Below are positions 30,601 to 45,600 of a stretch of DNA of 64,000 nt, piece by piece. The notes beneath the pieces are model-generated. The model ran no database searches. It worked only from the letters and a program-made list of their open reading frames with translations, and was not told the origin of the DNA. Position numbers and translations under genes: made by a program. Position 1 is the first letter of the stretch; each line of letters begins with the position of its first letter. Source of the stretch: Bacteroidota bacterium (GTDB taxonomy: Bacteria; Bacteroidota; Bacteroidia; Bacteroidales; NBLH01). Where the stretch lies: contig JANYKN010000125.1 in NCBI GenBank assembly GCA_025361565.1, forward strand, positions 31,171 to 95,170. Reading direction: 5' to 3'.

Positions 30601-33600
30601 ATTCATGGTGTCGTTTGCAGAACAAGTACCTCTGGTAACTGTCCAACGTAACCTGTTTATTGCATTTGGCACCAGACCTGAAACAGTAGTGATATATGCT
30701 GAAGGAACAGCAATAACTTGAGTAGTTTGATTGTCTACGGTCCAAACTCCTGTTGCACCTTGTAATATAGGATTAATATTATCAGAAGTGATTGCAGTAC
30801 TATTATTACAAGTCATAAATCCAGTTGCACTTGCAGTAACCTGATCATTGGTGATTATTACATCATCAAAAGCAGTACATCCTTTATCAGTAATTGTCCA
30901 CTTTAATGAATTAACACCAGGATTCAAGCCTGAAACAGTAGCATTATAAATCAGCGAATTAGTAAAAATTCCACTTCCGGAAGGTATTGTCCATACACCA
31001 GTTGCGGTTGGTGAAACAGTCAGTGGATCACGGCCAAGCATTGGATAAGAACCGTTACATGTAAAGTTGTCAGCATTTGCAAAAACAATAAAGGCATTAT
31101 TGAATACGGTGACAGTACTTATTGATGGACATGCTCCGTTATTAGTGATAGTCCATGTAAACACTTCATTGTATGGATTAGCTTTAACCGGCATATTAAC
31201 GGTCGAATTATACAAAGTTGCATTTCCAAAGGTTGTTGTTGAACCACTTGGAACTGTCCATATACCAGAACCAATAACTGGGTTATTTCCATCCATAATG
31301 AATGATGCAGAACAAGTATTTATAGTAGTCCCTGCCACAGAGATATCCGGTGCATTATTGGTAATTATAATATCCTTAGTTGCTATACAAATACCATTTT
31401 TAACTGTCCATGTGAATTTATTATTGCCTTGCTGAAGCCCTGAAACTGTAGTTAAAGCTGATGCACTATTGGCAATAATTCCACTACCGGATTGAAGCGA
31501 CCAGGTTCCAATTCCAACAGTAGGAGAAACCGCTATTAAATTTGCAAAGTTGTTGCAAGTTGGGGCAACATCAGTCGCCGAAGCAGTAACTCCGTTATTG
31601 GTAATTACAATATCATCGGAAGTAGAACATCCTTCTACAGCAGAAGTAACTGTCCATGTAAGCGTATTAAGCCCGGACTGCAAATTATTTACCCTGGTAT
31701 TGTATTGAGTTGACTGAACGAAAGTTCCAGTTCCTCCTGTTGTCCATTTGCCTGTTCCTCCACTTCCGGATACATCATTTCCATCCAGTGGATCGTAAAA
31801 GGTATTACAGGTGACCTGGTCTGTTCCAGCACTTGCCTTGATCTGGTTGTTGGTAATCAACACATCGTCGTTTGCCGTACATATACCTTTGGACACGGTC
31901 CATTTAAAGGTGGTTGTTCCTATCTGTACATTGTTGACTAAAGAATTATATAAGGTATTGTCAACAAAGGTGGCTGTGGTTACGGTCTGGTCTGTCCACT
32001 GGCCTGTTCCCTGTGTAAGTGTAGGGTTGTTACCTGCCAATGTCACAAAATTGTTGCATACTGTAGTTTTATCAGCTCCCGCATTAGCTACCACTTGGTC
32101 GTTTGTAATAACCACTGAATTAGAAGAAGTACAGCTTACACTGGTCCCTTTTGTAAGAGTCCAGGTAAAAGTGTTCGGACCAAATGGCATCCCTGAAGAA
32201 CTAGTATTATTGGCTGAAGGTATTGCAATTGAAGCGCCTAGATTGGTTGTCCATAATCCACGTTCACCAATACCTGGTGCATTAGCATTAAGAACACCTG
32301 TACTATTACATACTGTAGGTTGAGGAGTTGTTGGGTTCGATACCGATGGGCTGCTATTTGTCACAACAACAACGTCTGATGTTGGACATAAAGCACCGTT
32401 AATAACTGTCCATGTAAATGAGTATATATTTCCAGTCAACCCAGTTACTGAGGTTATTGGGCTAGTAGAGTTCACAATATTTACTGCTGCTCCACCTGTT
32501 TGTGTCCAGGTTCCAGTTCCAATTGCAGGAGGGGTGGCTCCTAAATTTATACTCGAGTTACAAGTCTCGATGTCGGTGCCTGCATTCGCAGTGACCCCGA
32601 TATTGTTGATCACCATATCATCTGAACTGGTACAACCTTCTGCTGAAGAAGTGACTGTCCAAGTTAAGGTGTTCAATCCTGATTGTAAATTGTTTACCCT
32701 GGTGTTATACTGCGTTGGCTGTACAAAAGTACCTGAACCTGTGGTAGTCCATTTGCCAGTTCCGCCAATACCTGAAACATCGGTTCCATCAAGTGGATCA
32801 TAGTAAGTATTACAGGTGGACTGGTCTGTACCTGCATTTGCTTTGATCTGGTTGTTGGTAATCACCACATCATCGTTTGCTGAGCAGATGCCTTTGGATA
32901 CTGTCCATTTAAAGGTAGTCGCCCCTATCTGTATATTGTTGACTACAGAATTGTATAAGGTATTATCAACAAAGGTGGCTGTAGTTACAGTCTGGTCTGT
33001 CCACTGACCAATTCCCTGTGTCAATGTTGGATTATTTCCAGATAAGGTTACAAAATTATTACAAACTGTAGTTTTATCTGCACCTGCATTGGCAATAACA
33101 TGGTCGTTTGTGATGACAACCGAATTTGAAGAAGTACAGCTTACACTGGTTCCTTTGGTAAGGGTCCAAGTAAATGTATTTGGGCCTAATGGCAAGTTAG
33201 ATGCTGTTGTGTTAAAGGCTGAAGGCACTGCTATAGTTGACCCAAGAGCTGTTGTCCATATACCTGTTTCCCCTGATCCCGGCGCATTACCGTTTAGCAC
33301 TCCAATACTGTTGCATACTGTTGGTTGAGGCGTTGTTGGATTCGATACCGATGGTGTGCTGTTTGTAACAACCATAACATCGGAGGTTGGGCATGATGCT
33401 CCGTTTATCACCGTCCAGGTAAATGAATAGGTATTTCCTGTCAACCCGGTCACTAAAGTAATTGGACTGGTAGAGTTCACGATATTTACTGCGGCTCCGC
33501 CTGTTTGCGTCCAGCTCCCTGTTCCAAAGGTTGGTGGGGTGGCACTTAAATTGATGCTTGAATTACAAGTCTCGATGTCGGTCCCTGCATTTGAAGTGAC

Positions 33601-36600
33601 TCCGATATTGTTGATCACCACATCGTCTGAACTGTTACAACCTTCTGCCGAAGATGTGACTGTCCATGTTAAAGTGTTCAATCCCGATTGTAAATTGTTT
33701 ACCCTTGTATCATATTGTGTAGCCAGTACAAAAGTACCCGGACCGGTAGTGGTCCATTTACCTGTTCCGCCAATTCCGGAAACATCGGTTCCATCCAGTG
33801 GATCATAGAAATTATTACAGGTTGATTGGTCTACACCAGCACTAGCTGATATCTGGTTGTTGGTTATTACCACATCGTCATTTGCAGAACAAATGCCTTT
33901 GGATACAGTCCATTTAAAGGTTGTTGAGCCAATCTGAATATTGTTTACCAATGTATTATATAAGGTTTTGTCAACAAAGGTAGCTGTTGTTACGGTCAGA
34001 TCTGTCCACTGACCAGTTCCCTGTGTCAATGTTGGATTATTTCCAGATAAGGTTACAAAATTATTACAAACTGTAGTTTTATCTGCACCTGCATTGGCAA
34101 TAACATGGTCATTGGTGATAACAACAGAGTTTGAAGAAGTACAACTTACACTGGTTCCTTTGGTTAGGGTCCAAGTAAATGTATTTGGGCCCAATGGCAT
34201 ATAAGATGCTGTTGTGTTAAAGGCTGAAGGCACAGCTATAGTTGACCCAAGAGCTGTTGTCCATAAACCTGTTTCACCTGATCCCGGCGCATTACCGTTT
34301 AGCACTCCAATACTGTTGCATACAGTTGGTTGAGGTGTTGTTGGATTCGATACTGATGGTGTGCTGTTTGTAACAACCATAACATCGGAGGTTGGGCATG
34401 AAGCTCCGTTTATCACTGTCCAGGTAAATGAATAGGTATTTCCTGTTAAGCCAGTTACAGTGGTTATTGGACTGGTAGAGTTCACGATATTTACTGCGGC
34501 TCCGCCTGTTTGCGTCCAGCTCCCTGTTCCAAGGGTTGGTGGGGTGGCACTTAAATTAATGCTTGAATTACAAGTCTCGATGTCTGTCCCTGCATTTGAA
34601 GTGACTCCAATATTGTTGATTACCACATCGTCTGAACTGGTGCAACCTTCTGCTGAAGATGTGACTGTCCATGTTAAAGTGTTCAATCCTGATTGTAAAT
34701 TGTTTACTCTGGTGTTATACTGTGTTGGCTGTACAAAAGTACCTGAACCTGTTGTAGTCCATTTGCCTGTACCTCCAATACCTGACACATCGGTTCCATC
34801 CAGTGGATCATAGTATGTATTGCAGGTAGACTGATCAGTTCCTGCACTTGCTTTGATCTGGTTGTTGGTAATCACCACATCGTCATTTGCAGAACAAATG
34901 CCTTTGGATACAGTCCATTTAAAGGTGGTCACACCTATCTGTACATTGTTGACTACGGTACTATATAATGTATTGTCAACAAAAGTGGCTGTGGTTACGG
35001 TCTGGTCTGTCCACTGCCCTATGCCTTGGGTAAGTGCTGGATTGTTACCGGCCAGGGTCACAAAATTGTTACATACTGTGGTCTTGTCAGCTCCTGCATT
35101 GGCAATAACATGGTCGTTTGTGATGACAACCGAATTTGAAGAAGTACAACTTACGCTGATCCCTTTGGTAAGAGTCCAGGTAAATGTATTTGGGCCCAAT
35201 GGCATATTAGATGCTGTTGTGTTAAAGGCTGAAGGCACAGCTATAGTTGACCCAAGAGCTGTTGTCCATAAACCTGTTTCACCTGATCCCGGTGCATTAC
35301 CGTTTAACACTCCAATACTGTTACATACTGTTGGTTGAGGTGTTGTTGGATTCGATACCGATGGTGTGCTGTTTGTAACAACCATAACATCGGAGGTTGG
35401 GCATGAAGCTCCGTTTATCACTGTCCAGGTAAATGAATAGGTATTTCCTGTCAACCCGGTCACTAAAGTAATTGGACTGGTAGAGTTCACGATATTTACT
35501 GCAGCTCCGCCTGTTTGCGTCCAGCTCCCTGTTCCTAGGGTTGGTGGGGTGGCACTTAAATTGATGCTTGAATTACAAGTCTCGATGTCGGTCCCCGCAT
35601 TTGAAGTGACTCCAATATTGTTGATTACCACATCATCTGAACTGGTGCAGCCTTCTGCTGAAGAGGTGACCGTCCATGTTAAAGTGTTCAATCCCGATTG
35701 TAAATTATTTACCCTGGTGTTATATTGGGTTGGCTGTACAAAGATCCCTGAACCAGTGGTAGTCCATTTACCTGTTCCGCCAATACCGGATACATCATTT
35801 CCATCCAATGGATCGTAATAATTATTGCATGAATTTTTATCAACCCCGGCACTTGCCGCAATTTGGTTGTTTGTGATTATCACGTCGTCAGCATTACTGC
35901 AACCCCCTTGTGATACTGTCCACCTGAAGGTAGTAGTTCCGATCCTTACGTTGTTGACTAGGGTATTGTACAAAGTACTGGCCACAAATGTAGCCGTGGT
36001 GACAGATTGGTCTGTCCACTGTCCAGAACCCTGTGTCAATGAAGGGTTGTTCCCTGACAAAGTTACAAAGTTGTTACATGCAGTGGTTTTGTCCGCTCCT
36101 GCATTGGATATCACCTGGCTGTTGGTTATGCTTACTGAATTGGATGAAGTACAAGATACATTGATACCTTTGGTCAATGTCCACGTATAGGTATTTAATC
36201 CATATGGCATGCCGGATACTGTTGTGATATTGCTTGATGGGTTTGCAATTGTTGAGCTTCCTCCACCTGTCCATAATCCGCTTTCTCCCAATGCGGGTGC
36301 ATTGCCTTGCAGAACCGCGTTACCTGTACAAACTTCAGCCAATGGTGTGTTTGGGTTCGATATCGATGGGCTGCTGTTCGTCACAACAACAACATCTGAA
36401 GCGTTGCATGTTCCATTTACAACTGTCCAGGTAAAAGAAAAAGTGCCACCTGTCAATCCTGTCACTGAAGACTGCCGGTTAAGTGAATTGGTTATCGCAA
36501 CCGCCGCACCGCCCGTCTGCGTCCAGCTACCTATCCCTGAAGATGGGGCAACTGCACTCAGGTTTATATTATTGTTGCAGGTTTCTATATCCAAACCCGC

Positions 36601-39600
36601 ATCTGCAGTTACTCCTATATTGTTTATTACCACATCATCGGATCCTGTACAACCTTCAGCGGCAGATCTTACTGTCCAAGTAAGGGTATTTAGGCCAGGT
36701 TGCAAGTTGTTCACCCTGGTGTTATACTGGCTGGATGTCACAAATGCGATGGTTCCTGTGGCACTCCATAATCCTGTTCCACCACTTCCGGATACATCAT
36801 TTCCATCCAATGGGTCGTAATAGTTATTGCATGAATTTTGATCAGCCCCGGCACTTGCTGCAATTTGGTTGTTTGTGATTATCACGTCGTCGTTTGCAGT
36901 ACAGATGCCTTTGGAAACAGTCCATTTAAATGTGGTAGCTCCAATTTTTACATTGTTAACTATTGTATTATACAAGGTATTGTCAACAAAGGTGGCCGTG
37001 GTTACTGTTTGATCTGTCCATTGCCCTGCTCCCTGAGTAAGTGTTGGGTTGTTACCTGCCAGGGTTACAAAATTGTTACATACCGTAGTCTTGTCAGCAC
37101 CTGCGTTAGCTACCACATGATCGTTTGTAATTACAACCGAGTTCGAGGAAGTACAACTGACGCTAGTTCCTTTTGTTAGAGTCCAGGTAAATGTATTTGG
37201 ACCTAATGGCATATTAGATGCTGTTGTGTTAAAGGCTGAAGGAACTGCTATGGTTGATCCCAGAGCAGTTGTCCATAAGCCGGATTCACCCGCTCCTGGA
37301 GCATTACCATTAAGCACGCCGATATTGTTACATACGGTTGGCTGAGGTGTTGTTGGGTTAGACACAGATGGGCTGCTATTGGTCACAACAACAACATCAG
37401 AAGTCGGGCATGATCCTCCATTAACCACAGTCCATGTAAATGAATAGGTATTACCCGTCAATCCGGTTACCAATGTTACAGGGCTCGTTGAGTTGACTAT
37501 GGTCACAGCAGCACCACCTGTTTGAGTCCAGCTTCCTGTTCCCAAGGTAGGTGGAGTTGCTCCTAAATTAATGCTTGAATTACAAGTTTCTATGTCGGTT
37601 CCTGCATTCGAAGTAACACCTATATTGTTAATTATAACATCATCAAAGCTGGTACAACCCTCTGCAGAGGATGTTACTGTCCAAGTCAATGTATTCAAGC
37701 CGGACTGCAAATTATTTACCCTGGTGTTGTATTGTGTATTATGAACAAAAGTTCCTGGCCCAGTAGTAGTCCATTTCCCGGTTCCACCGATTCCGGAAAT
37801 ATCATTTCCATCCAGCGGATCATAATAAGTATTGCAGGTTGACTGATCAGCACCAGCACTCGCTGAAATTTGGTTGTTGGTGATCACTACATCATCATTA
37901 GCAGAACAAATTCCTTTGGATACGGTCCATTTAAAGGTAGTAGAACCAATTTGTACATTGTTTACCAATGTGTTGTACAAAGTTTTGTCTACAAATATAG
38001 CCGTTGTTACAGTTTGATCTGTCCATTGACCTATACCTTGCGTCAATGTAGGATTGTTACCTGATAAAGTTACGAAATTATTACAAACCGTTGTTTTATC
38101 TGTTCCTGCATTAGCTACCACATGGTCGTTTGTGATGACAACCGAATTTGAAGAAGTACAACTTACGCTGGTTCCTTTGGTAAGAGTCCAGGTAAATGTA
38201 TTTGGACCAAGAGGCATACCAGAGGCAGTTGTATTATTGTTGGTTGAAACAGCAATGATGGATCCAAGATTTGTCGTCCATAAACCACTTTCACCTGTTG
38301 CGGGAATACTGGCATTAAGCACACCAACACTATTGCAAACCGTGGCTTGCGGAGTTGTAGGATCGGAAACCGATGGCGTACTGTTGGTAACAATAACAAC
38401 ATCGGAAGTTGGACATAATCCACCATTCACCACTGTCCATGTAAATGAATAAATATTACCTGTCAATCCAGTTACCAATGATATAGAGCTGGTCGAGTTA
38501 GCAATAGTCACTGCTGCACCACCTGTTTGAGTCCAGCTTCCTGTTCCAACAGGAGGAGGAGTAGCGCTTAAATTGATGCTTGCATTACAGGTCTCGATAT
38601 CGGTTCCTGCATTCGAAGTCACCCCGATATTGGTAATAATAACATCATCAGAACTTGTACATCCTTCTGCTGATGACGTTACTGTCCAGGTTAGCGTATT
38701 AATACCTGCTTGCAAATTATTTACTCTGGTGTTATATTGGCTCGACAAAACAAAAGTTTCAGTACCAGTTGAACTCCATACACCTATTCCAGTTCCAGAA
38801 ACATCATTTCCATCCAGTGGATCATAATAAGTATTACAGGTTGTTCGATCAATTCCTGCAATTGCTTTCATCTGATTATTGGTAATAATTACATCGTCGT
38901 TGGCAGAACAAATTCCTTTGGATACGGTCCATCTAAGAGTAGTAGTTCCTACCCTTACATTGTTTACCAATGTATTGTATAAAGTATTATCTGTAAAAGT
39001 GGCTGACGTTATTGACTGATCTGTCCATTGGCCAACTCCCTGAGTTAATATTGGGTTGTTACCAGAAAGAGTCACAAAATTATTACATGAAGTAGTTTTA
39101 TCAACTCCTGCATTGGCAATAACATGATTATTTGTAATGATGACTGAATTGGAAGAAGAACAGCTTACATTGGTTCCCTTTGTAATTGTCCAAGTAAATG
39201 TGTCTGGACCTAAAGGCATACTGGAAGCAGTTGTATTGTTTGAAGAAGGAGCTGCTATAATTGAAGTTCCTCCACTTGTCCATAATCCGGTTTCACCTGC
39301 AAGTGGTGCATTACCCTGTAATACAGCGCTTCCATTACAGACTTCTATTGCTGGAGTGGTAGGGTTGGAGGCTGTAGGTGTACTATTAATTACAACAACT
39401 ACATCCGTAGCGGAACAAGTTGCATTAACTACAGTCCATGTGAAAGAATAAGTACCTCCGGCTAAACCAGATATAGATGTTTGTCTGTCTGTTGAATTTG
39501 CTATTGTTATTGCAGCACCACTTGTTTGAGTCCAGCTTCCAGTGCCAATTGTAGGTGCAATGGCACTTAAATTAATACTTGAAGAGCAAGTTTCAACATC

Positions 39601-42600
39601 AGATCCAGCATCAGAAGTAACCCCATTATTTGTAATTCCAACCTGGTCAGAATGTGTGCAACCTTCTGAGGCAGAGGTAACTGTCCATGTTAAAGTATTT
39701 AAGCCTGGACGTAAACCTGTAACTCCAGAATTAAATAAAGTTGGAGTAGTGATTACAACTAGTGGATTAATTGATGTCCAATGACCTGTTCCACCACTTC
39801 CCGAAACATCATTTCCATCCAATGGATCATAAGTGGAATTACAAGTTATGCGGTCTGCACCAGCACTTGCGAGAATCTGATCGTTGGTTACTATTACATC
39901 ATCATTTGCAGAACAAGTCCCTTTGGATACTGTCCATTTAAAAGTTGTTGAACCAATCTGCACATTGTTAACCAATGTGCTATATAAAGTATTGTCAACA
40001 AAGGTGGCTGTTGTCACTGTCTGATCTGTCCATTGACCAGTTCCTTGAGTTAATGCAGGATTATTACCTGACAAGGTTACAAAATTGTTGCAAACCGTGG
40101 TTTTATCAATCCCTGCATTTGCAACTACATGGTCGTTTGTAATGACAACTGAATTAGAAGAAGTACAGCTTACACTGGTTCCTTTGGTAAGAGTCCAGGT
40201 AAACGTGTTTGGGCCAAGTGGCATTGCAGAAGCTGTAGTATTATTTGTAGATGGCGCTGCTATTATAGAACCAAGGTTCGTACTCCATAAACCGGTTTCG
40301 CCTGCAGCAGGAACAGCTGCATTAAGAACTCCGATGCTGTTACAAACTGTTGGTTGAGGTGTTGTTGGGTTAGAAACCGATGGCGTACTATTGGTGACAA
40401 CTACAACATCCGATGTTGGACATAATGCTCCGTTAACAACTGTCCATGTGAATGAATATGTATTTCCAGTTAAGCCGGTTACCAATGTTATTGGACTGGT
40501 TGAGTTGACTATTGTCACTGCTGCTCCTCCAGTTTGTGTCCAGCTTCCTGTTCCAATAGCTGGTGGAGTGGCACTCAAATTAATGCTTGCACTACAGGTT
40601 TCAATATCTGTTCCTGCATTGGAAGTAACACCGATATTGGTAATTACTACATCGTCAGAGTTGGTGCAGCCTTCAGCTCCTGAAGTGACTGTCCATGTCA
40701 GTGTATTGAGTCCGGACTGTAAAGTATTTACTCTACTGTTATACTGTGTGGACTGGACAAATGTTCCAGGTCCTGTAGTGGTCCATTTACCTGTCCCGCC
40801 GATTCCTGATACATCATTTCCATCCAGTGGATCATAATAAGTATTACAGGTTGATTGATCTACACCTGCACTTGCCTTTATTTGGTTGTTGGTGATAATT
40901 AATTCGTCGTTAGCAGAACAGATACCTTTGGACACAGTCCATCTAAATGTGGTAGCACCTATTCTAACATTGTTGACCAAAGTATTATACAAGGTATTGT
41001 CAACAAAAGTAGCTGTTGTTACTGTCTGATCGCTCCATTGTCCTGTTCCTTGTGTCAGTGTAGGGTTGTTACCTGCAAGTGTTACAAAATTGTTACACCC
41101 TGTAGTCTTGTCGGCCCCTGCATTTGCTACCACATGATTGTTTGTGATGACTACCGAATTGGAAGAGGTACAACTTACATTGGTTCCTTTGGTTAGAGTC
41201 CAGGTAAAGGTATTTGGGCCTATTGGCATACCAGATGCTGTTGTATTGTTTGCTGAAGGTACTGCTATCGTTGAACCAAGGTCAGTTGTCCATAAACCTT
41301 TTTCGCCAGTACCTGTAACATCTGCCTGAAGAACTCCGTTACCATTACATACAAAGGCCGTTGGAGTTGTTGGATTAGAAACTGTTGGGCTACTATTTGT
41401 AACCACTACAGTTGCCGCATTTGAACAAGTTCCATTTGTTATTGTCCATGTAAATGAATAAACACCAGCAGTAAGTCCGGTAACCTGTGTTGTTGCACTA
41501 TTGGCGTTGATTATAGTTGCACCTACAGGACCACTTGATTTTACCCAAGTACCCGTTGCAGGAAAAGGATCCTGCGCTCCAAGTGAAATAACTGAATTAC
41601 ATGTTTCAAAATCAGTACCTGCATTTGCGACTAATTTGCTATTTGTAATACCAACTTCATCAAATGCTGTGCAACTTTCAGCCCCAGAAGTAACTGTCCA
41701 CCTGAATGTATTTAAACCCGGATCAAGACCCGTAACTCCAGTATTAAATAGAGTAGCAGTTGTAACCAAAGCGGTATTACCAATTGAAGTCCATAAACCA
41801 GTACCTCCAAGACCTGCAACATTGTTTCCATCTAAAGGTCCATAAAAATCGTTACATGTAACCTGATCTACCCCAGCTGTTGCTGTAATCTGATTGTTTG
41901 TTATCCTGACAATATCAGAAACAGTACAAGGAGTAAGACCTAAAGAAACAGTCCATCTAAAATCTGTAGATCCCTGTCTTAACCCTGTTACACTTGTATT
42001 ATAAAGAGTATTTGCTACAATAGTGGCAGAGGTAGCATTCATATCGAACCAAAGACCGTTTCCTTGAGTCAATTTTGGATTATTACCAGAAAGAGTAGTA
42101 AAATTGGCACAAGCAGTCGATTTATCTATACCCGCATTTGACACAACGGTATTATTTGTGATAATTACATCATCAGTGCTTGTACACAAGTTTTTTGTAA
42201 CAGTCCATCTGAATGTATTAGTTCCAAGGTTTAAACCTGTTACTGTAGCATTATAATTGGTTACATTATCAAAGGTTGCCACATTGTCAAGACGTGACCA
42301 TACTCCTGTTCCAATAGATGGAATTCCAATAACTGTCAGCAAAGTTGAATTGGTGCAGACTTCATTGTCGGCTTCAACAAGAGCAGTGGTTGGTGTGTCA
42401 TTATAAATATCAACTTGTGTAGCATTTGTACAAGTAGTAGCATTTAGTGTTTTAGAAATTGTCCATTGGAATGTATTTTGACCACTGGCCAAATTGCTAA
42501 CTAACGATGTATTGAGTGAAGGTGTTGCAATAGATGCACCACCCAATGTTGCCACCCAATTACCACTTCCACCTACTGGAGGTAAATTACCGTTTAAGGT

Positions 42601-45600
42601 AGCCGAAGTAGTACAAACCCTTTGAAGCAGACCTGCATTGGAAGTCACTTTATTATTATATATGATAACATCATCAGAAGCAGTACAATTTGCCTTAGTG
42701 ATTGTCCATCTGAAGGTATTGGTTACAGATAAATCAGGAGTTGGGGTTAATCCATTAACCTGTGTATTATATAAAGTGCTATTTACAAATGCTCCTCCTC
42801 CACCAATCAATGTCCATAAGCCAGATTCCCCAGCACCTGGTTGTTGTCCATTTAGTGTTGCAAAATCATTACAAACCGTTTGGTCAGCATTTGCTGTAAC
42901 GGTAAAATGGCTATTTACGATATTTACTTCATCAAATGCGGAGCAAGCACCTTTGGATACAGTCCAACGTAAAATATTGGTTTGAGTATTGTCAAGGTTA
43001 GAAACGATGGCATTATAACGTGTGTCTGAATCAAAAGTTAAACCAACACCCTGTGAAACTGTCCATTTACCTGAAGGAATCGCAAAACCACCATTATAAG
43101 TATTCGGATCACTTGCAGCTAGTGTAGCAGTGCTGATACAAATTGCCTGATCAGGTCCTGCATTTGCAGTAACATTATTATTGGTAATCATTACATCATC
43201 CGCTGAAGAAGGGCAACTTGGGTTGTCAGTGATTGACCACCTGAAGAAACTTCTGTCCAGTGCTAGGTTATTAACTGTTGTAATTGAAGAATTAGTATTA
43301 ATAATATTACCACCGCCTGATACGATAGACCATTTTCCTGTACCAAAAACAGGAGGTGTACCGCTTAATGTTATTGTAGTTGCCGCATCCCTGCAAACGG
43401 TTTGGTCAGCTCCGGCATTGGCTGTGGTTGGTATATACACGATTACAGAAACAAGGTCGGAATTGGTACATGTAACACCGTTTTTTGTGTTACTTAGCGT
43501 CCACCTGAATATGTTTGTACCCCTATCCATGCCATTGACAACTGAGTTAAATAAAGTAGGTGAAACAATTGTACCAAAACTTGGAGCTACCGACCATATA
43601 CCAGTTTCACCCAACGGAATATTAGGTGGAGTAGCACTTAATGTAACTGTTGAATTTCTAACCTCTAATCCACAGACATTATCAATATCTATCCCTGCAT
43701 TTGCAACCACAGAATTATTGGTTACGGTAACATCATCATATTCAGAGCATAATGCTTTTGTAACAGTCCATCTATATGTATTTGTTCCTACCGGGATATT
43801 GTTAACAGTTGTGGTAGCAAATAAAGAATTTGTAAAAGTTCCATTCCCAAGAAAAACTGACCATGCACCGGTTCCCATTCCTGCAACTGGAGTATTTGCA
43901 GCTAATGTAGTTGTGTTTGTACATAAAGTCTGATCCGCACCAGCACTTGGATTCTCAGGATTATTATTTGTAATCTGCATCCTATCTTCAGAAGAACAAG
44001 TTCCGTTGGTAAGAGTCCATCTGATCGTATTTAAACCAGGACTTAAAGTTGTTACCGCTGTAATACTTGAATTGGCATTAAAAAGAGTACCTCCTCCACC
44101 TAAAACATCCCAAACACCAGTAGTTCCTGCAGGTATATTTGCTGATATATTGGTATTATCAACACAAACTGTTTGATCTGAACCCGCATTGGCAGTTAAC
44201 TCATAATTCCAAACAGTAACATCCTGATGTAATGTACAAGTTTTACTAATTGGCGGTGGTCCAACTTCAGAATAAGTCCTTGAGGTTGTCCATCTGATTG
44301 TATTTTGACCATAACCCAAATTGGTTACATCTACATCACATAAAAAACTTTGGCAGGTTGAATTGGATATGGTTCCACCACCACCAATAACTGCCCACGA
44401 ACCAGTACTACCGGGCATTGGGCGGGTTGCAGACAGTACAGTTGTATCCACACAAACTGTAAGCGTAGGAGGTGCTGAAATTGCATCTGAAGGTAAAGCA
44501 TTCGTTATATTTACATCAGCTGTAGCTATACATCCTTTTGTGGTATTTGTTACTGTCCACCTGAATATATTGGTTTGACGTGGCATATTTGTTACCACTG
44601 TAGTTGCAGAATTAATAGCAGCGAAAGTTCCACCACCTTGTAAAACAGACCAGGCACCAGTTGCTGCATCTCCAATAGGAATTCCAAATTCTGGCGCAGT
44701 GGCAGTTAAGGTAGTATTATCGGCACAGACAATTTGGTTCGGTCCTGCATTAGGTCTCCCTGTATTATTTGTTTTGGTAACAACTGTTTCATCCCACACG
44801 GAACAGGTTACACCATTTATTACATTTGTTTTTGTCCACCTGAAAGTAGTATTTGCTGATTGCAAAAACTGAACATAGGTATTCCATTGATTAACATCAT
44901 TAATTGTTTCAACAGTGTGAGGAAACGGTGCCTGAATTGTCCAAACATGCGTTTGAGCCCTGCTGCCATGATCTATTGCGTTTAGATTTACCTCATCAAA
45001 ACAAACTGTTTGATCAGGGCCTGCATTAGCTAAATCAGGAGCCGCATTTGTAATCGTAACTTCATCAAATAATACGCAATTCCTATAACTAATAGTCCAT
45101 CTAAATGTATTTACTGTTGGATTTAGACTCCAAAAATCAGGACCAGAAGGTTGAGCATATTGTGCAAGATTATTAACATTCATCGTGGGGCTTGAGGTAG
45201 GATCCATAAACGTACCACTACCAGCAACTTGTGTCCATGCACCGACTTCTCCCCTACCCAAATCAACAGGATTAGCAGTCAGAGCACTATATATACTAGA
45301 ATAGCCTGTTGGCAATCCAGCTGCAAAATTAACACCGCAAAAAGTAGCATCAGGTCCAGCATTTGGTGTTGTAGGCCTATCATTACTTATAACAACCTGA
45401 TCGGAAGAAGAACAGAAACCATTACTAATAGTCCATGTCAAAGTATTGGAATTTGGTTCCAAATTACTGGCAACAGCATTATAAGCATTTATATTGCTAA
45501 AAGCTATTGGAGGCAAAGCAGGTAATGCACTCCATGTTCCAATTGCATTTATGGTAGGATTTACAATATTTTGTGTTGAAGGAATAGTACCTTGCAAAGT

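Noticed and set aside
31588-42147. Possibility that the regular 1,005-bp periodicity marks a CRISPR array, satellite DNA or a mobile-element array.
   Set aside because: The repeats are in frame, coding and contiguous, with no short direct repeats separated by unique spacers. No cas, transposase or integrase genes are in the window.
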